A stretch of DNA of 61,975 bases, filler included, from Aduncisulcus paluster (taxonomy: Eukaryota), in the NCBI GenBank assembly GCA_024181965.1. It is 5 parts of 5 records of this genome, joined end to end, with 100 filler letters (N's around TTAATTAATTAA, not from the genome) between each part and the next. Parts side by side here need not be neighbours in the genome. Positions count along the whole stretch, not along the records: positions 47,078 to 61,975 come from BQXS01010819.1; 4 more parts are not named here. The stretch is one strand, 5' to 3'. Shown in pieces: positions 60,670 through 61,975 of this stretch (within the stretch, counting starts at the first letter, position 1; each line of letters opens with the position of its first letter). A model generated the notes under the pieces. The model ran no database searches and was not told the DNA's origin. It saw only the letters and a list, made by a program, of their open reading frames with translations. Made by a program: the position numbers and the translations under genes.

Positions 60670-61975
60670 TTACTTTTGTTCAAGTCTAGCGACAGAAGAA
60701 ATCCCACTCTCAAGTCTTGTCTTATAAAGAACATTAGCTGAGGAGTACAGTCCTTCTTTCAGTGAAACCACTAGGAACTGAGCCCTCTTTGCCTCCTTTC
60801 TAAGCACTCGTCCAATATTTGATGTATGGGAAAGATCGAGAGCAGCGTCAATCTCGTCCATAATATAGAATGGGGCTGGTTTGACCGTCTGTAGAGAGAT
60901 CACAAAGGCCAGTGCCAAGAGAGAACATTGTCCTCCACTCAACTCAGACAGAGACTCTTTCCATGTCTCTCCAAGTTTCACCTTAAACTCTACACCTTGC
61001 AACAGAATAGATGGGTCGGAGATACATTCCATCAATGGGTCAGATTCTTTACCTCTCTTCCCTCTTCTTTCCTCTTCCTCCTCTTCTTCTTCCTCATCTT
61101 CTTCTTCCTCCTCTTCTTCTTCCTCCTCTTCCTCTTCCTCTTTTTTAGTGGAAGGGCTTGGGATAACATCAGATACGGGTAAAATTGTTGCAAGAGCACC
61201 CGGTAAAAGCTCAGAAAACACTTGTTGCATCTTCACTTTCACTTGATTGAAGACAGCGAGAAGAGCAGCATCTTTCTTCTGATCTAGTTTCTCAAGAACC
61301 TCCAGGAGAGTGGCTCTATCCTGAGCAACTTTGGCACGCTTCCTCCGAATTTCTTCAAGTTTCTCATCATATGCCTCAATTCTATTTTTAAGTCCTTCAT
61401 CAATCACAATCTCCTCTTCAATCTCCTCAATTTCCTCCTCATCTTCATCTCCAACATAAGCTCCCTGTTCTTCCCCAGTTCCTTCCAGATCCATTTCTCC
61501 GTCGTATTCTTCATCTTCCTCTTCTTCCTTTCTCGTACGTCGACGAGAAGAAGAACGTTGTACGGATCTGGACGCCTTCTTCTTGGGAGCTTTCTTACCT
61601 TTTGCATCTTTCTTCTTCTTCTTTCCGTCTTTCTTGGATTTTTGGGTTTGACGATTTTCACCTCCATATTCCTTAACGAGTCGCACGAACTCACACTGCA
61701 CTCGTTTGAGTTCTTCCAACTCAGTGGCTTGGTCGGTTTTAGTCTGGGAAGAAAGATCGGCAAATTTTCCTTCTCCTTCAAAAACTTTCTCATTACCCAA
61801 AATAGGAACACGTTTCATGATTCCGCGCATTTCAAGTTCCATTTTCTTCCTCTCACCTTCCTCGCCTTTCTTTTTCTCCTTAAGATCGGCCATTCTTGTT
61901 TTCATTTCTCCCAATTCTCCTTTCAGTTTGCTCTTCCTTTGTTCGTGGTTGGCAGCTTCTTTCTCATTTCCTTGC
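60670..61975 (-). CDS. SMC2: Condensin subunit SMC2, C-terminal part (starts outside the window)
   Basis: WKESLSELSGGQCSLLAL...KPAPFYIMDEIDAALDLSHTSNIG...QFLVVSLKEG. Confidence 0.92.
   Translation of the reverse strand, partial: QGNEKEAANHEQRKSKLKGELGEMKTRMADLKEKKKGEEGERKKMELEMRGIMKRVPILGNEKVFEGEGKFADLSSQTKTDQATELEELKRVQCEFVRLVKEYGGENRQTQKSKKDGKKKKKDAKGKKAPKKKASRSVQRSSSRRRTRKEEEEDEEYDGEMDLEGTGEEQGAYVGDEDEEEIEEIEEEIVIDEGLKNRIEAYDEKLEEIRRKRAKVAQDRATLLEVLEKLDQKKDAALLAVFNQVKVKMQQVFSELLPGALATILPVSDVIPSPSTKKEEEEEEEEEEEEEEDEEEEEEEEERRGKRGKESDPLMECISDPSILLQGVEFKVKLGETWKESLSELSGGQCSLLALAFVISLQTVKPAPFYIMDEIDAALDLSHTSNIGRVLRKEAKRAQFLVVSLKEGLYSSANVLYKTRLESGISSVARLEQK

Noticed and set aside
59692..60727. 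ORFs 59799-60305, 59692-59952, 60044-60232 and 60527-60727
   Set aside because: AT-rich, Phe/Ile/Leu/Lys-biased translations with no motifs. Treated as intergenic.
1..61975. Non-standard genetic code (TAA/TAG = Gln, as in hexamitid diplomonads)
   Set aside because: Conserved genes (RPL30, RPS21, eEF1B, SMC2, DPD) end at TAA at the expected positions, and multi-kb ORFs have no in-frame TAR.

Overview
Eukaryotic, gene-dense, AT-rich DNA read with the standard genetic code. The gene families, the expanded kinase/LRR repertoire and the GTATGT-type introns suggest an anaerobic fornicate/Carpediemonas-like metamonad, possibly Aduncisulcus paluster (inferred from recall, not verified). The window is not one locus. 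It is five contigs joined by artificial 100-nt linkers (N44-TTAATTAATTAA-N44), and there is one 20-N gap with duplicated flanks. Recognisable genes: Bfr1/PPI-like coiled-coil, Sly1 (2 introns), a TPR protein, two penta-EF-hand proteins, an EED/ESC-like WD40 protein, Mad3/BubR1-like, a hAT transposase remnant, a giant EGF membrane protein, an LRR-EGF-TM receptor-like kinase, an FBXL4-type discoidin+BTB protein, RPL30, eEF1B, RPS21, bystin, Top3, XAP5, SDA1, TAPT1, a fused dihydropyrimidine dehydrogenase, a second family kinase, SMC2, tRNA-Lys(TTT) and tRNA-Leu(CAG). Best leads: (1) a modular kinase family with receptor-like and cytosolic members and signs of segment exchange; (2) an unassigned structured ~80-nt RNA candidate ending in a T-run, plus two tRNA-like elements; (3) a candidate 9-nt micro-exon or recursive splice site; (4) four +1 frameshifts at A-rich sites, probably sequencing errors but testable. 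No CRISPR array or rRNA was seen.
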